A DNA stretch of 45,537 bases. Origin: Puia sp. (lineage in GTDB: Bacteria; Bacteroidota; Bacteroidia; Chitinophagales; Chitinophagaceae). The notes below the pieces were generated by a model that was not told the origin of the DNA, searched no databases, and worked only from the letters and a program-made list of their open reading frames with translations. Positions 17,915 to 27,278 of this stretch are shown piece after piece (position 1 is the stretch's first letter; every line of letters starts with the position of its first letter). The stretch is from the NCBI GenBank assembly GCA_035485835.1, contig DATHNR010000301.1, positions 1-45,537 on the forward strand. Direction: 5' to 3'. The translations under genes and the position numbers were made by a program.

Positions 17915-20036
17915 AAGCAATTTTTGGTGATTCAGATGTAGTTTTTTCCTGAATTAGTACGAGATCGGAAATATTAATGGTGATGGGAATCAGTCCCATT
18001 TTTACAATAGCTTTCCTGCCACGTATCTCTATTATAGTTCCTGTCTGGTGACTATTTTTCATTTTTACCTGAGAACCAGGCTGAATATTTCCTTCTACTT
18101 CAATATATTTAGCGTCAAATTTCTTTTTCACTTTTTCAGCTACTGGTTTATCCTTTTGATTAAACAAAAGAACCTGCATTTGTTTGATTACTTCTTCCTT
18201 ATTCTCCGCTTTGCGCCAGTCGAATATGATTTGTTTCAATTTTCTTTCCATTTCCTTTAAATAACCATAGCGATCGGCAGAGATTTTATTTTGTTCCTGC
18301 AGGATTTGCAATTGCTGTTGATGTTTTTCCTTTTCAAGGGTTTTTTGAAGTTCCAATTTCAACTTGACATTTTCTTTGAGCATCTGTTGTAATTCCTTAT
18401 CCTTTTTTTCAATGTTTCTCAGATCCTGTTCCGTTCGATTAAGTAATTTGTCCAGCTTAAAATGTTCTTCATCTACAAGTTTTCGTGCATGGTTGATGAG
18501 GTCAGGATGAAGGCCAATCCGTTCAGCAATGGAAAATGTATATGAACTGCCGGGTTTCCCTGAAATCAACTGGTATAATGGCTGAAGGCTTTGTTCATCA
18601 AAGGCCATGGCTCCATTAATAATTCCTGGCGTTTTATTGGCCATCACCTTCAGATTCAGATAATGAGTCGTTACAATTCCGAATGCGTGTTTTTTCAATA
18701 ATTCCAGTAAAATAACTTCTGCAAAAGCCCCCCCGAGATTTGGATCGCTGCCACTCCCCAGTTCATCAATAAAAAATAAAGTGCGTCCATTGGACTGCTC
18801 CATAAAATATTTCATATTAATCAGATGTGAACTATAGGTGCTCAGTTCAAATTCAAGACTTTGAGTATCCCCTATATGGATCATAATCTGCTTAAAGATG
18901 CCAAGAGTTGAATTTGGATTTACCGGAATCAACAAGCCAGCCTGCACCATAAGTTGCAGTAAACCTACGGTTTTCATTGTAACAGTCTTACCTCCCGCAT
19001 TGGGACCAGAAATAACAAGTATCCGGCTATTATCATCCAATTTAATATTTACCGGGACCGTTGTCTTATGAGATTTTTTATGATAGAGGAATAAAAGAGG
19101 ATGAAAAGCCTGAATCAGGTGAATATGAGATCCATCCTTCAGATTTGGATGAATTCCATTCATGTCAATGGCTAATTTAGCTTTACCAGAAATAAAATCA
19201 TATTCACCAATGATTTCATAATAGGTTTTTAATAATGGTGCATAAATGGAAAGAATGCTGGTAAGTTCTTTAAGAATTCGGTTTACTTCACGGCTTTCTT
19301 CATGTTCAAGAGAAAAGATTTCATTGTTGTGCCCAATGGTTTCCTCGGGCTCAATAAACGTGGTTTTCCGGCTATCACTTTCTCCATGAAGGATGCCTTT
19401 TACCTGCCTTTTATGCTCGGCAAAAATTGCCACCACGCGGCGTCCATTAAGGAAGGCTTCTTCTGTTTCAGCAACATAACCGGCTTTGTTCAGTCTGGCA
19501 ACGATCCGGTCAAATAGTCTTCGAAGTTCATTTCGTTTTCTGAATAATGATAACCTGATCCTTGCCAGTTCGGATGATGCCATATCTTTTACCTGGCCGT
19601 TTTCCTCAAGAACTTCATCTATAGACTGGATGATTGCCTTTTCGTAATAACTGTCTTTAACAACCGTAGTAAGGGCTGGATAAGCCAATCTTCTTTCCCG
19701 GTCGAACCAATGAAAGATCAGTCGTAATGTTTCGGCCATCTTGCGAACCCGCAGAAACTGATCACCACTCAGAATGGCACCAGGAAGCCCCAGTAATTTA
19801 ATTTCCTTCGTGAGATTAAGGTTTTCCTCATTGGGAAAATGCAGGCCCTGGTCCAGCAAATCCTTAAATTCACCGGTTCTTTTCAGTTCAATCTCTATGA
19901 ATTCAAGGCGTGTATGGATCCGCAGGGAGACCGCTTTATCTTTGGCATAAGCAGATTTGCATTTTTCAGCAAGTAGGTCCCTGATTTTATCGAATTCAAG
20001 CTGTCCCAGGGCGGATTCCGGGAAATATCGTATCAT
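17889..20036 (-). CDS. mutS2: MutS2-family ATPase ending in a KOW/SH3-like domain, no Smr domain
   Basis: 'LEFDKI', 'SGPNAGGKT', 'LSTYSSH', 'FFIDELGSGSDP', 'TTHY', 'GKPGSS', coiled coil, KOW-like 'GSQVKM...GTIIEI'. Confidence 0.9.
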   Translation of the reverse strand: MIRYFPESALGQLEFDKIRDLLAEKCKSAYAKDKAVSLRIHTRLEFIEIELKRTGEFKDLLDQGLHFPNEENLNLTKEIKLLGLPGAILSGDQFLRVRKMAETLRLIFHWFDRERRLAYPALTTVVKDSYYEKAIIQSIDEVLEENGQVKDMASSELARIRLSLFRKRNELRRLFDRIVARLNKAGYVAETEEAFLNGRRVVAIFAEHKRQVKGILHGESDSRKTTFIEPEETIGHNNEIFSLEHEESREVNRILKELTSILSIYAPLLKTYYEIIGEYDFISGKAKLAIDMNGIHPNLKDGSHIHLIQAFHPLLFLYHKKSHKTTVPVNIKLDDNSRILVISGPNAGGKTVTMKTVGLLQLMVQAGLLIPVNPNSTLGIFKQIMIHIGDTQSLEFELSTYSSHLINMKYFMEQSNGRTLFFIDELGSGSDPNLGGAFAEVILLELLKKHAFGIVTTHYLNLKVMANKTPGIINGAMAFDEQSLQPLYQLISGKPGSSYTFSIAERIGLHPDLINHARKLVDEEHFKLDKLLNRTEQDLRNIEKKDKELQQMLKENVKLKLELQKTLEKEKHQQQLQILQEQNKISADRYGYLKEMERKLKQIIFDWRKAENKEEVIKQMQVLLFNQKDKPVAEKVKKKFDAKYIEVEGNIQPGSQVKMKNSHQTGTIIEIRGRKAIVKMGLIPITINISDLVLIQEKTTSESPKIAYESKTTGS

Positions 20037-20042
20037 TCAAAG

Positions 20043-20050
20043 CAAAGTTA
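20043..20050 (-). promoter_or_regulatory. -7 promoter element for mutS2-rpiA
   Basis: TAACTTTG on minus, 6 nt before ATG 20036. Confidence 0.6.
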
Positions 20051-20137
20051 AGTTAACGAACATTTAAAAGCCTTCAATTGTCTTATATCTTGCAATCCGG
20101 CTAATCTGCTCTGCCGTATATTGATCAATAAATAAGA

Positions 20138-20797
20138 ATGAAATTCATTATGTTAGCATCCATTTTATTTAGCGCAATTTCGCTGGTTTCCTGCAATTCA
20201 TCATCTACTCAAAATATAGCCATGAGGGAAGTAATCATTCCTGCAGGAATTAAGACTGATACAGCCACATTTGGAACCGGATGTTTTTGGTGTACCGAAG
20301 CCGTCTTCCAGGAATTAAAAGGCGTTTATAAAGTAACTTCGGGTTATTCCGGTGGAACTGTAAAAAACCCCTCCTACGAGGACGTTTGTACCGGAACCAC
20401 AGGCCACGCTGAATGCCTCCAGATAATTTATGATCCCAAAGTGATCAGTTTTGACGAATTACTGGAAGTATTCTGGGAATCGCATGATCCTACCACACTC
20501 AACCGCCAGGGAAATGATGTGGGAACGCAGTACCGTAGTGTGATATTTTATCATGACGAGGAACAAAAGAAAAAAGCAGAAGAATATAAGATCAAACTCG
20601 ATAAGAGTGGAGCGTATAATAATCCCATTGTGACCGAGATCACAGGATTTAGTCACTTTTATGCAGCAGAGGACTATCATCAGGACTATTACCGCCTGCA
20701 TGGATCACAACCCTATTGCACATTTGTTATCCGACCCAAAGTGGAAAAATTCGAAAAAGTGTTTAAAAACAAATTGAAAACAACTTCACAACCATAA
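20138..20797 (+). CDS. msrA: Peptide-methionine (S)-S-oxide reductase with lipoprotein-type signal
   Basis: 'GCFWC', 'TGHAE', 'RQGNDVGTQYRS', 'AEDYHQDY'; N-terminal 'LVSC' lipobox. Confidence 0.96.
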   Translation: MKFIMLASILFSAISLVSCNSSSTQNIAMREVIIPAGIKTDTATFGTGCFWCTEAVFQELKGVYKVTSGYSGGTVKNPSYEDVCTGTTGHAECLQIIYDPKVISFDELLEVFWESHDPTTLNRQGNDVGTQYRSVIFYHDEEQKKKAEEYKIKLDKSGAYNNPIVTEITGFSHFYAAEDYHQDYYRLHGSQPYCTFVIRPKVEKFEKVFKNKLKTTSQP

Positions 20798-20817
20798 ATA
20801 TTATTTCCAGATAATTG

Positions 20818-20846
20818 AAATACCCCGGCAGCGGGGTATTTTTTTT
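20818..20846 (+). terminator. Intrinsic terminator after msrA
   Basis: AAATACCCCG-GCAG-CGGGGTATTT followed by a T-run. Confidence 0.9.
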
Positions 20847-20954
20847 GGAGGAATTCACTTTTAAACCCCTCCATTACTTAGGTTTCGGGTCTATTGCAAA
20901 ACGAGGAGAAAACAAAAAAAAATGAATATTAAGTATAGGATTTTCCAAAATCCC

Positions 20955-20962
20955 TACATTTG
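20955..20962 (+). promoter_or_regulatory. -7 promoter element for the SWIB gene
   Basis: TACATTTG about 42 nt upstream of ATG 21005. Confidence 0.55.
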
Positions 20963-21004
20963 AATATGCTAACCACTTTATTAACCTATTAATTATCATT
21001 TTTT

Positions 21005-21427
21005 ATGGCAAAATCCGCTAAGAAATCAGCAAAAAAATCAGCAAAAAAAGCGCCCAAAAAAGTTGCAAAAAAGGCCGCAAAAAAAGCAGCACCTAAAAAA
21101 GCCGCAAAGAAAGCAACAGCAAAAAAAGCAGCACCTAAAAAAGCTGCTAAGAAAAAAGCTGCTAAGAAAAAATCAGCCCGCAAGCCAAATGCAGCATTTA
21201 TGGTGCCACTGACACTAAGTGATGCACTATCCAAAGTCGTTGGAAGCAAATCACTTCCCAGGACCGAGATCATTAAGAAAATTTGGGTTTACATCAAGAA
21301 AAATGATCTTCAGGATAAAACGAACAAACGCATGATCAACGCCGATGCAGCACTGAAACCCATTTTTGTAAAAGATCAGATTTCCATGTTTGAAATGGCT
21401 GGTGCTTTGAATAAACATGTAAAATAA
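21005..21427 (+). CDS. Histone H1-like Lys/Ala-rich N-terminus fused to a SWIB/MDM2 domain
   Basis: About 58 aa of 'AKKA/APKKA' repeats, then 'NAAFM.PL..S..L..VVG...LPRTEIIKKIWVYIKKNDLQD..NKRMINAD'. Confidence 0.93.
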   Translation: MAKSAKKSAKKSAKKAPKKVAKKAAKKAAPKKAAKKATAKKAAPKKAAKKKAAKKKSARKPNAAFMVPLTLSDALSKVVGSKSLPRTEIIKKIWVYIKKNDLQDKTNKRMINADAALKPIFVKDQISMFEMAGALNKHVK

Positions 21428-21502
21428 ATTTTATTTACCGCCTAAATCCCTGAATTCACCGCCAGTTTGGGGGTGGTTACCTAAGAGGTTTGCTCTATCT
21501 TT

Positions 21503-21550
21503 TAACATATCTCTATTTTTGGTTTTTAAAAATAAAATAGAGATATGTTA
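21503..21550. repeat. 17-bp perfect inverted repeat
   Basis: TAACATATCTCTATTTT (21503-21519), 14-nt spacer, AAAATAGAGATATGTTA (21534-21550). Confidence 0.9.
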
Positions 21551-21775
21551 CTGGATATTACACCTCCCCAATCCATAATAAGCTGGTTTTTTCAGCTGAC
21601 CGTAACCGTGAAAACATGGATCATGAAGAGAAAAATTAGAAAAGATGAGAATTTTTTTTTAATTGACTGAATTCCAGAATCGATCCTAATAAGGCATGGT
21701 ATTGAAATTTATTTTACTCTTCTTTCTTAAAAGAGCAGTCCCATCTGGCAATTGACCACATTCCTTATTGCTTTG

Positions 21776-21799
21776 TTCGTATATCGTTTCGTATATCGT
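21776..21799. repeat. 12-nt direct tandem duplication
   Basis: TTCGTATATCGT x2. Confidence 0.85.
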
Positions 21800-21952
21800 T
21801 CGGTTGACAGCTGATAAATTACAGTCGAAATACGAAGGTTGTATTAATGTAAATATAATATGACTGCTCTGATATCGCTTTAAAGCCATATTTGCTTTCG
21901 GAAGAAAAGAACTTAGATTTTTATCGCTTAAATTCGCTTAAATTTTTCCTCT

Positions 21953-23164
21953 ATGAATCTGCATGAATACCAGGCGAAGGAACTTTTAAAAAAATATAAT
22001 GTACCCGTTCAGGAAGGGATACCGGTAGATACCGCAAATGCGGCAGAAGAGGCTTATAAACAGATTAAAGTGAATACCGGTAATTCATTTGCTGTTGTAA
22101 AGGCCCAGATTCATGCAGGGGGCCGTGGGAAAGGGAAAATAAAGGGAACTGAACAACGCGGTGTGGCTGTGGCTAAAAACGCCGAGGATGTACGCAATTT
22201 CGCTTCAAATATGCTGGGCGGTACGCTGGTAACTATTCAGACAGGAGAAGCAGGCAGGGTTGTCCACAAGATCCTGGTTGCACAGGATGTTTACTATCCG
22301 GGTGCAAATCCGGTAAAAGAATTTTACCTGTCAATATTGTTGGATCGGGCGAAAGGTCAAAATGTATTTATGTATAGTACGGAAGGAGGTATGGATATCG
22401 AAGAAGTTGCGCATAAAACTCCAGATAAAATATTCAAGGAATGGGTATTCCCTGGCTCAGCATTGCAGGCATTTCAGGCAAGGAAAATAGCTTTCAACCT
22501 TGGACTTTCCGGAGAAGCTTTCAAAAATTGCGTAAGGTTTGTTACAAATCTTTATAACGCTTATGTAGGTCTCGATTGCAGTATGCTTGAGATCAATCCA
22601 CTTTTTAAAACAAGCGATGAGAAAATCATTGCAGTCGATTGTAAGATGAACTTAGACGATAATTCCCTAATGCGACACCCGGATCTTGAAGGGATGCGTG
22701 ATATCGGCGAAGAAGATCCAACAGAAGTAGAAGCAGGAAAGTATAATCTCAATTTCGTTAAACTTGACGGAAATGTCGGATGTATGGTAAATGGGGCTGG
22801 TCTTGCCATGGCTACTATGGACATGATCAAACTAAGTGGTGGTGAACCCGCAAATTTTCTGGATGTTGGAGGAAGCGCCAATGCCCAAACAGTGGAAGCA
22901 GGATTTCGTATTATCTTAAAGGATCCTAAAGTTAAAGCCATTCTTATCAATATTTTTGGTGGAATTGTACGCTGCGACCGTGTTGCTCAGGGTGTGATAG
23001 ATGCATATCATTCTATAGGTTCGATCCATGTTCCTATCATTGTACGTCTTCAGGGAACCAACGCAGAAGAAGCAAAAAAATTAATTGAAGAAAGCGGCCT
23101 GAAAGTACAATCCGCTATTTTACTTAGTGAGGCGGCAGCGCTTGTTAATAAGGCAGTGGCATAA
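21953..23164 (+). CDS. sucC: Succinate--CoA ligase subunit beta
   Basis: 'MNLHEYQAK', '[12 protein letters not shown]', '[13 protein letters not shown]', 'NFLDVGG', '[10 protein letters not shown]'. Confidence 0.99.
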   Translation: MNLHEYQAKELLKKYNVPVQEGIPVDTANAAEEAYKQIKVNTGNSFAVVKAQIHAGGRGKGKIKGTEQRGVAVAKNAEDVRNFASNMLGGTLVTIQTGEAGRVVHKILVAQDVYYPGANPVKEFYLSILLDRAKGQNVFMYSTEGGMDIEEVAHKTPDKIFKEWVFPGSALQAFQARKIAFNLGLSGEAFKNCVRFVTNLYNAYVGLDCSMLEINPLFKTSDEKIIAVDCKMNLDDNSLMRHPDLEGMRDIGEEDPTEVEAGKYNLNFVKLDGNVGCMVNGAGLAMATMDMIKLSGGEPANFLDVGGSANAQTVEAGFRIILKDPKVKAILINIFGGIVRCDRVAQGVIDAYHSIGSIHVPIIVRLQGTNAEEAKKLIEESGLKVQSAILLSEAAALVNKAVA

Positions 23165-23188
23165 TCAAATAACCCAATGGATCATAGA

Positions 23189-23644
23189 TTATCCGCGTTG
23201 AATTCCCTCCGGCAGTTTTTTACCTAGCACTTCAACCCTGACGTGAGCAAGGCCATAACCTGTGTATTTTAATTTTTTTGCTGCTGATTTGCTCAGGTCG
23301 ATCAACCTACTATTATTTTTATGCATGCGGTCAGTAATACGCAAAACTACTGTAAGATGGTTCCGCATATTTGTTACGCGTACCCACTGATTTAGTGGAA
23401 GTATATTGCTCGCACCTGTAAATTTCTTCTGACTGAATACTTCTCCATTCGCAGTTTTTCTGCCTTCAAATTTATTAGCATAATAACTTGCCGTTCCATA
23501 ATGAATTTTTTGCTTACTTACTTCTCTTTTTGATTTTTTCGATTTCTGATATTTAGATACAGATAAGGAATTCCCCTCAGTATCCTGCGCTTTTAATCCA
23601 AACACTGATATTATAAAAAACAAGAAGAACAACGATTTTTTCAC
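23189..23644 (-). CDS. rlpA: RlpA-family (DPBB) lytic transglycosylase
   Basis: 'GTASYY', 'GRKTANGE', 'VRVTN', 'ITDR', 'IDLS'; signal peptide. Confidence 0.9.
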   Translation of the reverse strand: MKKSLFFLFFIISVFGLKAQDTEGNSLSVSKYQKSKKSKREVSKQKIHYGTASYYANKFEGRKTANGEVFSQKKFTGASNILPLNQWVRVTNMRNHLTVVLRITDRMHKNNSRLIDLSKSAAKKLKYTGYGLAHVRVEVLGKKLPEGIQRG

Positions 23645-23693
23645 ATTGGACGCTTTAAACGTTAGTCAGTGCGCACCAGATCCTGTTCTAAGA

Positions 23694-25406
23694 TTAAAAA
23701 ACGCTTTTATTTGCAAAATATTTTTGGATCAGAGTCCTGTCTTCATCATAAATATCTTCATAAAAGACGATTTTACCATTTTTCCCTTCACAGGTATAAT
23801 ATCGAATATAAAGTGGAAGCTTATGGAATCCGCTAAACATATGCTTTTCCCCCCTGGCAATATAAGCTTTAATGGTATCCGGCGGAATCCGGAGTGAATC
23901 ATTCCGAACCAGGTAATTTGCGAGTTTATCCCATTCTTTTACGCGTACGCAGCCATGACTGATGGCACGGTATGAATTACCAAATCTCCAGCGCACATTC
24001 GTATCGTGCAGGTAAACACTATATTTATTCCTGAAATTAAATTTAATAACACCAAGTGAATTATCATCCCCTTCACGTTGTTTTATCTGATATGGAAAAT
24101 TCTTTTTGTTTAATCTTTTCCAATTGATGGTATGCGGGTCCAAAACACTATCATTATCATCAACAACCATCAGATTTTCTTTTTTAAGAAAATTAGAGTC
24201 CTTGATTATATTGGGTAACATCTCTTTAAATATAATACTGAAAGGGACTGTCCATTGGGGCATAGTAATAAAATTCGATATTTCTCCGGTTAACACCGGA
24301 GATCGCGTTAAAGGTCCTCCTACAATTATTTTGGAAGCAAAAACTACTGTATCATGATCGATGACACGCAGATTATATCCGGGCAGATTCACCCAGACAT
24401 AAGTTAATGGAAGGGAATCCGGCAATTGCTTATACCGGTCAAGTGTAACTGCTATACGTTTAAATTTTTCAAGATCTGTATTATTAAGTCTGTCAACCAG
24501 TGAATTGGAAGTATACCCGGTGACTTTATATTCATATTTCTTTTGAAATCTAATAATGGCGGACCTGAATTTACCTGAACTCATGGGCGGAACAGTATCA
24601 GAAAGATTCCCCGTTTCCACCAGACGCTTCTGAAGCAAATGAAAAAAACTGACTGAATCAGTGTATGGATAAGGCAGATAAGTATATGGAGCAAACGAAG
24701 CCGAGTCAAGGAAAGCACCAATATAAGCTTTGAGTGAATCATAACCTTTCCACCTTGGCTCCAGGTTGTGAAGTATCTGTGAAACATTTCCGGACTGAAG
24801 AGCCTGATTTAAAACACCGGAATAAAAACTATCCGTCAAAACAGTATCTGTACGCAGTGTAACACTATCATAAGGGATTCTTCCCTGTTTTAGGTGTTTT
24901 GCCATAAGAAAAAAAGCATCAGTAAGCAGGAGATCCTTCCTGGCCCATAAAGCAGCATTTCTGGCAGCATTTGTATCAAGTGTAAACGCACGGTCAATAA
25001 ATGCCAGCATATAATAGTGATAATCATTGGGAAATAGTCCCCATAAACGGCTGTTTTGAATAAGATTTATAAATGAATTACCCTCCGGAATCGTACTGTT
25101 TCCTCTGAGCCATATGGGTAGGTATTGATTTGCACTATATAGACTGTCTATAAGGCTAGTGAAGCTAATATCAACCGTATCATTAAGTTTGCTTTGGTGA
25201 GCTTTCAGGAATTCCAATGTATGATGAATATCTTCAGCAGTGCTTTCAACCAATTTAACAGGATTAACCACGATATGTTTTTCAGGTATCCGGTCGCTGT
25301 TATTCCTGCATTGAATGAATATAAAACCAGTAGTCAGTAAAATCAAAAAATACGATCTACAATGTTTCATTTGATTGAACCGGGTTTGTATAAAATTTTT
25401 GGTCAT
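23694..25406 (-). CDS. L,D-transpeptidase (YcbB/LdtD-like: scaffold, PG-binding and YkuD domains)
   Basis: 'WVNLP', 'SKIIVG', 'PQWTVP', 'NSLGVIKF', 'YLHDT', 'SHGCVRV'. Start may be ATG 25370 with a lipobox-like 'IQC'. Confidence 0.92.
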   Translation of the reverse strand: MTKNFIQTRFNQMKHCRSYFLILLTTGFIFIQCRNNSDRIPEKHIVVNPVKLVESTAEDIHHTLEFLKAHQSKLNDTVDISFTSLIDSLYSANQYLPIWLRGNSTIPEGNSFINLIQNSRLWGLFPNDYHYYMLAFIDRAFTLDTNAARNAALWARKDLLLTDAFFLMAKHLKQGRIPYDSVTLRTDTVLTDSFYSGVLNQALQSGNVSQILHNLEPRWKGYDSLKAYIGAFLDSASFAPYTYLPYPYTDSVSFFHLLQKRLVETGNLSDTVPPMSSGKFRSAIIRFQKKYEYKVTGYTSNSLVDRLNNTDLEKFKRIAVTLDRYKQLPDSLPLTYVWVNLPGYNLRVIDHDTVVFASKIIVGGPLTRSPVLTGEISNFITMPQWTVPFSIIFKEMLPNIIKDSNFLKKENLMVVDDNDSVLDPHTINWKRLNKKNFPYQIKQREGDDNSLGVIKFNFRNKYSVYLHDTNVRWRFGNSYRAISHGCVRVKEWDKLANYLVRNDSLRIPPDTIKAYIARGEKHMFSGFHKLPLYIRYYTCEGKNGKIVFYEDIYDEDRTLIQKYFANKSVF

Positions 25407-25488
25407 GCCCTGGCTCCGAAAATTATATATGTTTGACGGACAAACCAGGCATTGGCGGCCGAAAGCCTTTAAAGAAACAACTAATTAG

Positions 25489-26214
25489 ATGAAAAACAAA
25501 ATAATGAAAGGATGCTTTGAGTGGATGCTGTTTATCAGCTTTTTTTGTGCTTCAATATCCCTGGTTGACGCTCAAAACCTCCCTTTAAGTTCATATGGAC
25601 TACCCTATATTAATAGTATTTCCTTATATAAGGAAAGTCTGATAAATCATCCTGAGAAACAGATGATTTCGCTGCTAAATATTTCCGGAATTATCTTGAA
25701 TTTGGTTTATGCATCGAATAATAATTTCATGCATAAGAAATTGTATGAAGGGAATGTAAAAACTACCTTTCTGAGAAAACCGGCCTACAATGCCCTTGAT
25801 AGCGTAAGCAGTTTTCTGGCCAAACAGGGACTTGTTTTGGTCATTTATGATGCTTATCGGCCTTATTCAGTAACAGAAAAATTATGGGATAATATAAAAG
25901 ATGAAAGGTATGCTGCAAATCCTTCAAAAGGAAGCGGACATAACCGGGGTATTGCTGTAGACCTGACACTGGCAGATTTAAGAACGCATGAGTTGTTACC
26001 CATGCCAACCGGATTCGATAATTTTTCAGATTCGGCTCATCAGGATTTTAAAGAACTTGATATTCATGTTACGGCAAATCGTAATTTATTAAAACGGGTA
26101 ATGGAAAAATATGGATTCATTCAGTTGCCCACAGAATGGTGGCATTTCAGCTGGCCTGACAAAATAGGTTTTGAAGTTCTTGATCTGGATTTCGATGAAT
26201 TGAATACATTTTGA
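25489..26214 (+). CDS. M15D (VanX/DdpX-like) D-Ala-D-Ala zinc peptidase with signal peptide
   Basis: 'YDAYRP', 'SGHNRGIAVD', 'MPTGFD', 'EWWHF'. Confidence 0.9.
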   Translation: MKNKIMKGCFEWMLFISFFCASISLVDAQNLPLSSYGLPYINSISLYKESLINHPEKQMISLLNISGIILNLVYASNNNFMHKKLYEGNVKTTFLRKPAYNALDSVSSFLAKQGLVLVIYDAYRPYSVTEKLWDNIKDERYAANPSKGSGHNRGIAVDLTLADLRTHELLPMPTGFDNFSDSAHQDFKELDIHVTANRNLLKRVMEKYGFIQLPTEWWHFSWPDKIGFEVLDLDFDELNTF

Positions 26215-26269
26215 ATAATAAACTTATTTCGAAATGTGGATCTTATTTCAGTTAAGATTAACTAGATGA

Positions 26270-27277
26270 TTATTGTTCTTTCAATACACGGGGGATTTTT
26301 TGTTCCATTAATAACAGATCAGCTAAAACCAACGCTGTTACGGCTTCTAAAACAACAGGCACGCGAAGCGCAATGCACAGATCATGCCTGCCTTTTACTG
26401 AAAATAATTCCCTGGTTCCCGTTTCACGATTGTAAGTTTCCTGTTCCTTTGGTGTGGATGAAGTAGGCTTTACTGCGATCCTGAATACCAGTTCATTCCC
26501 ATTACTAATTCCGCCAACTACACCGCCAGCATGATTCGTAACTGTTTTTCCGGTTTTATCTGCGATTGCATCATTGTGTTGTGACCCAAACATCCTTGCT
26601 GCCGCAAATCCGGTTCCAAACTCAATGGCACGGATAGCCGGAATAGAAAAAACAGCATGCGAAATCAGTGATTCCACACTGTCGAAAAAAGGCTCTCCCA
26701 GAGAAGGCGGCAGGTTTTGAACACGGCATTCAAGGATTCCACCCACGGAATCTTTTGCCTCAATGGCTTTTTGAAGTCCAGCTTCGAGATCTTCCATACC
26801 TGCGATTTCTTTTATCTCTGCCCGGATTTCTGTTTGTACAATTTGTAATAATTTTTTAGCAACCACACCGGCAGCTACCAGAGCAACCGTTAGCCTGCCA
26901 CTGAAATGACCGCCACCACGGTAGTCTTCAAAACCTCCGAATTTTTCATGTGCCACAAAATCCGCATGACCCGGCCTTGGTATAGCTCTTAGTTTTTCAT
27001 AATCACCAGAACGTGTATTATTATTTTCAAACAGGATAGTGATGGGCGCACCCGTTGTAATATTGTTGAAAATTCCTGTTTTGAAGATAGGCAGATCGGA
27101 CTCCTGTCTTGGTGTCGTGCCCTTTTGGATTCCACCTTTTCTTCTCTCAATATCCGTAACAAAATCTTCCGGAGTTAGTGTCAGTCCGGCGGGGCAACCA
27201 TCAATCACCAGACCAACTGCCACCCCGTGAGATTCACCAAATATGGTCATCCTGAATAATCGTCCAAATGAATTCAT
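26270..27277 (-). CDS. aroC: Chorismate synthase
   Basis: 'FGESHG', 'PRPGHAD', 'GGGHFSGR', 'GGISNG', 'GRHD'. Confidence 0.98.
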   Translation of the reverse strand: MNSFGRLFRMTIFGESHGVAVGLVIDGCPAGLTLTPEDFVTDIERRKGGIQKGTTPRQESDLPIFKTGIFNNITTGAPITILFENNNTRSGDYEKLRAIPRPGHADFVAHEKFGGFEDYRGGGHFSGRLTVALVAAGVVAKKLLQIVQTEIRAEIKEIAGMEDLEAGLQKAIEAKDSVGGILECRVQNLPPSLGEPFFDSVESLISHAVFSIPAIRAIEFGTGFAAARMFGSQHNDAIADKTGKTVTNHAGGVVGGISNGNELVFRIAVKPTSSTPKEQETYNRETGTRELFSVKGRHDLCIALRVPVVLEAVTALVLADLLLMEQKIPRVLKEQ

Positions 27278-27278
27278 A

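Noticed and set aside
20091-20120. Possible ECF promoter TGCAATC-N17-CGTAT upstream of msrA
   Set aside because: Differs from the TGTAACC-N16-GTCT motif in sequence and spacing, and overlaps a housekeeping-like TATCTTGC; ambiguous.
20989-21273. Hydrophobic Phe/Ala-rich antisense ORF
   Set aside because: Mirror of the Lys/Ala codon repeats in the SWIB gene.
21686-21889. 67-aa minus-strand ORF upstream of sucC
   Set aside because: No recognisable motif and it overlaps the likely sucC promoter region; cannot be supported without conservation data.
21953-23164. sucC without adjacent sucD as a sign of gene loss
   Set aside because: Unlinked sucC and sucD are common in Bacteroidota.
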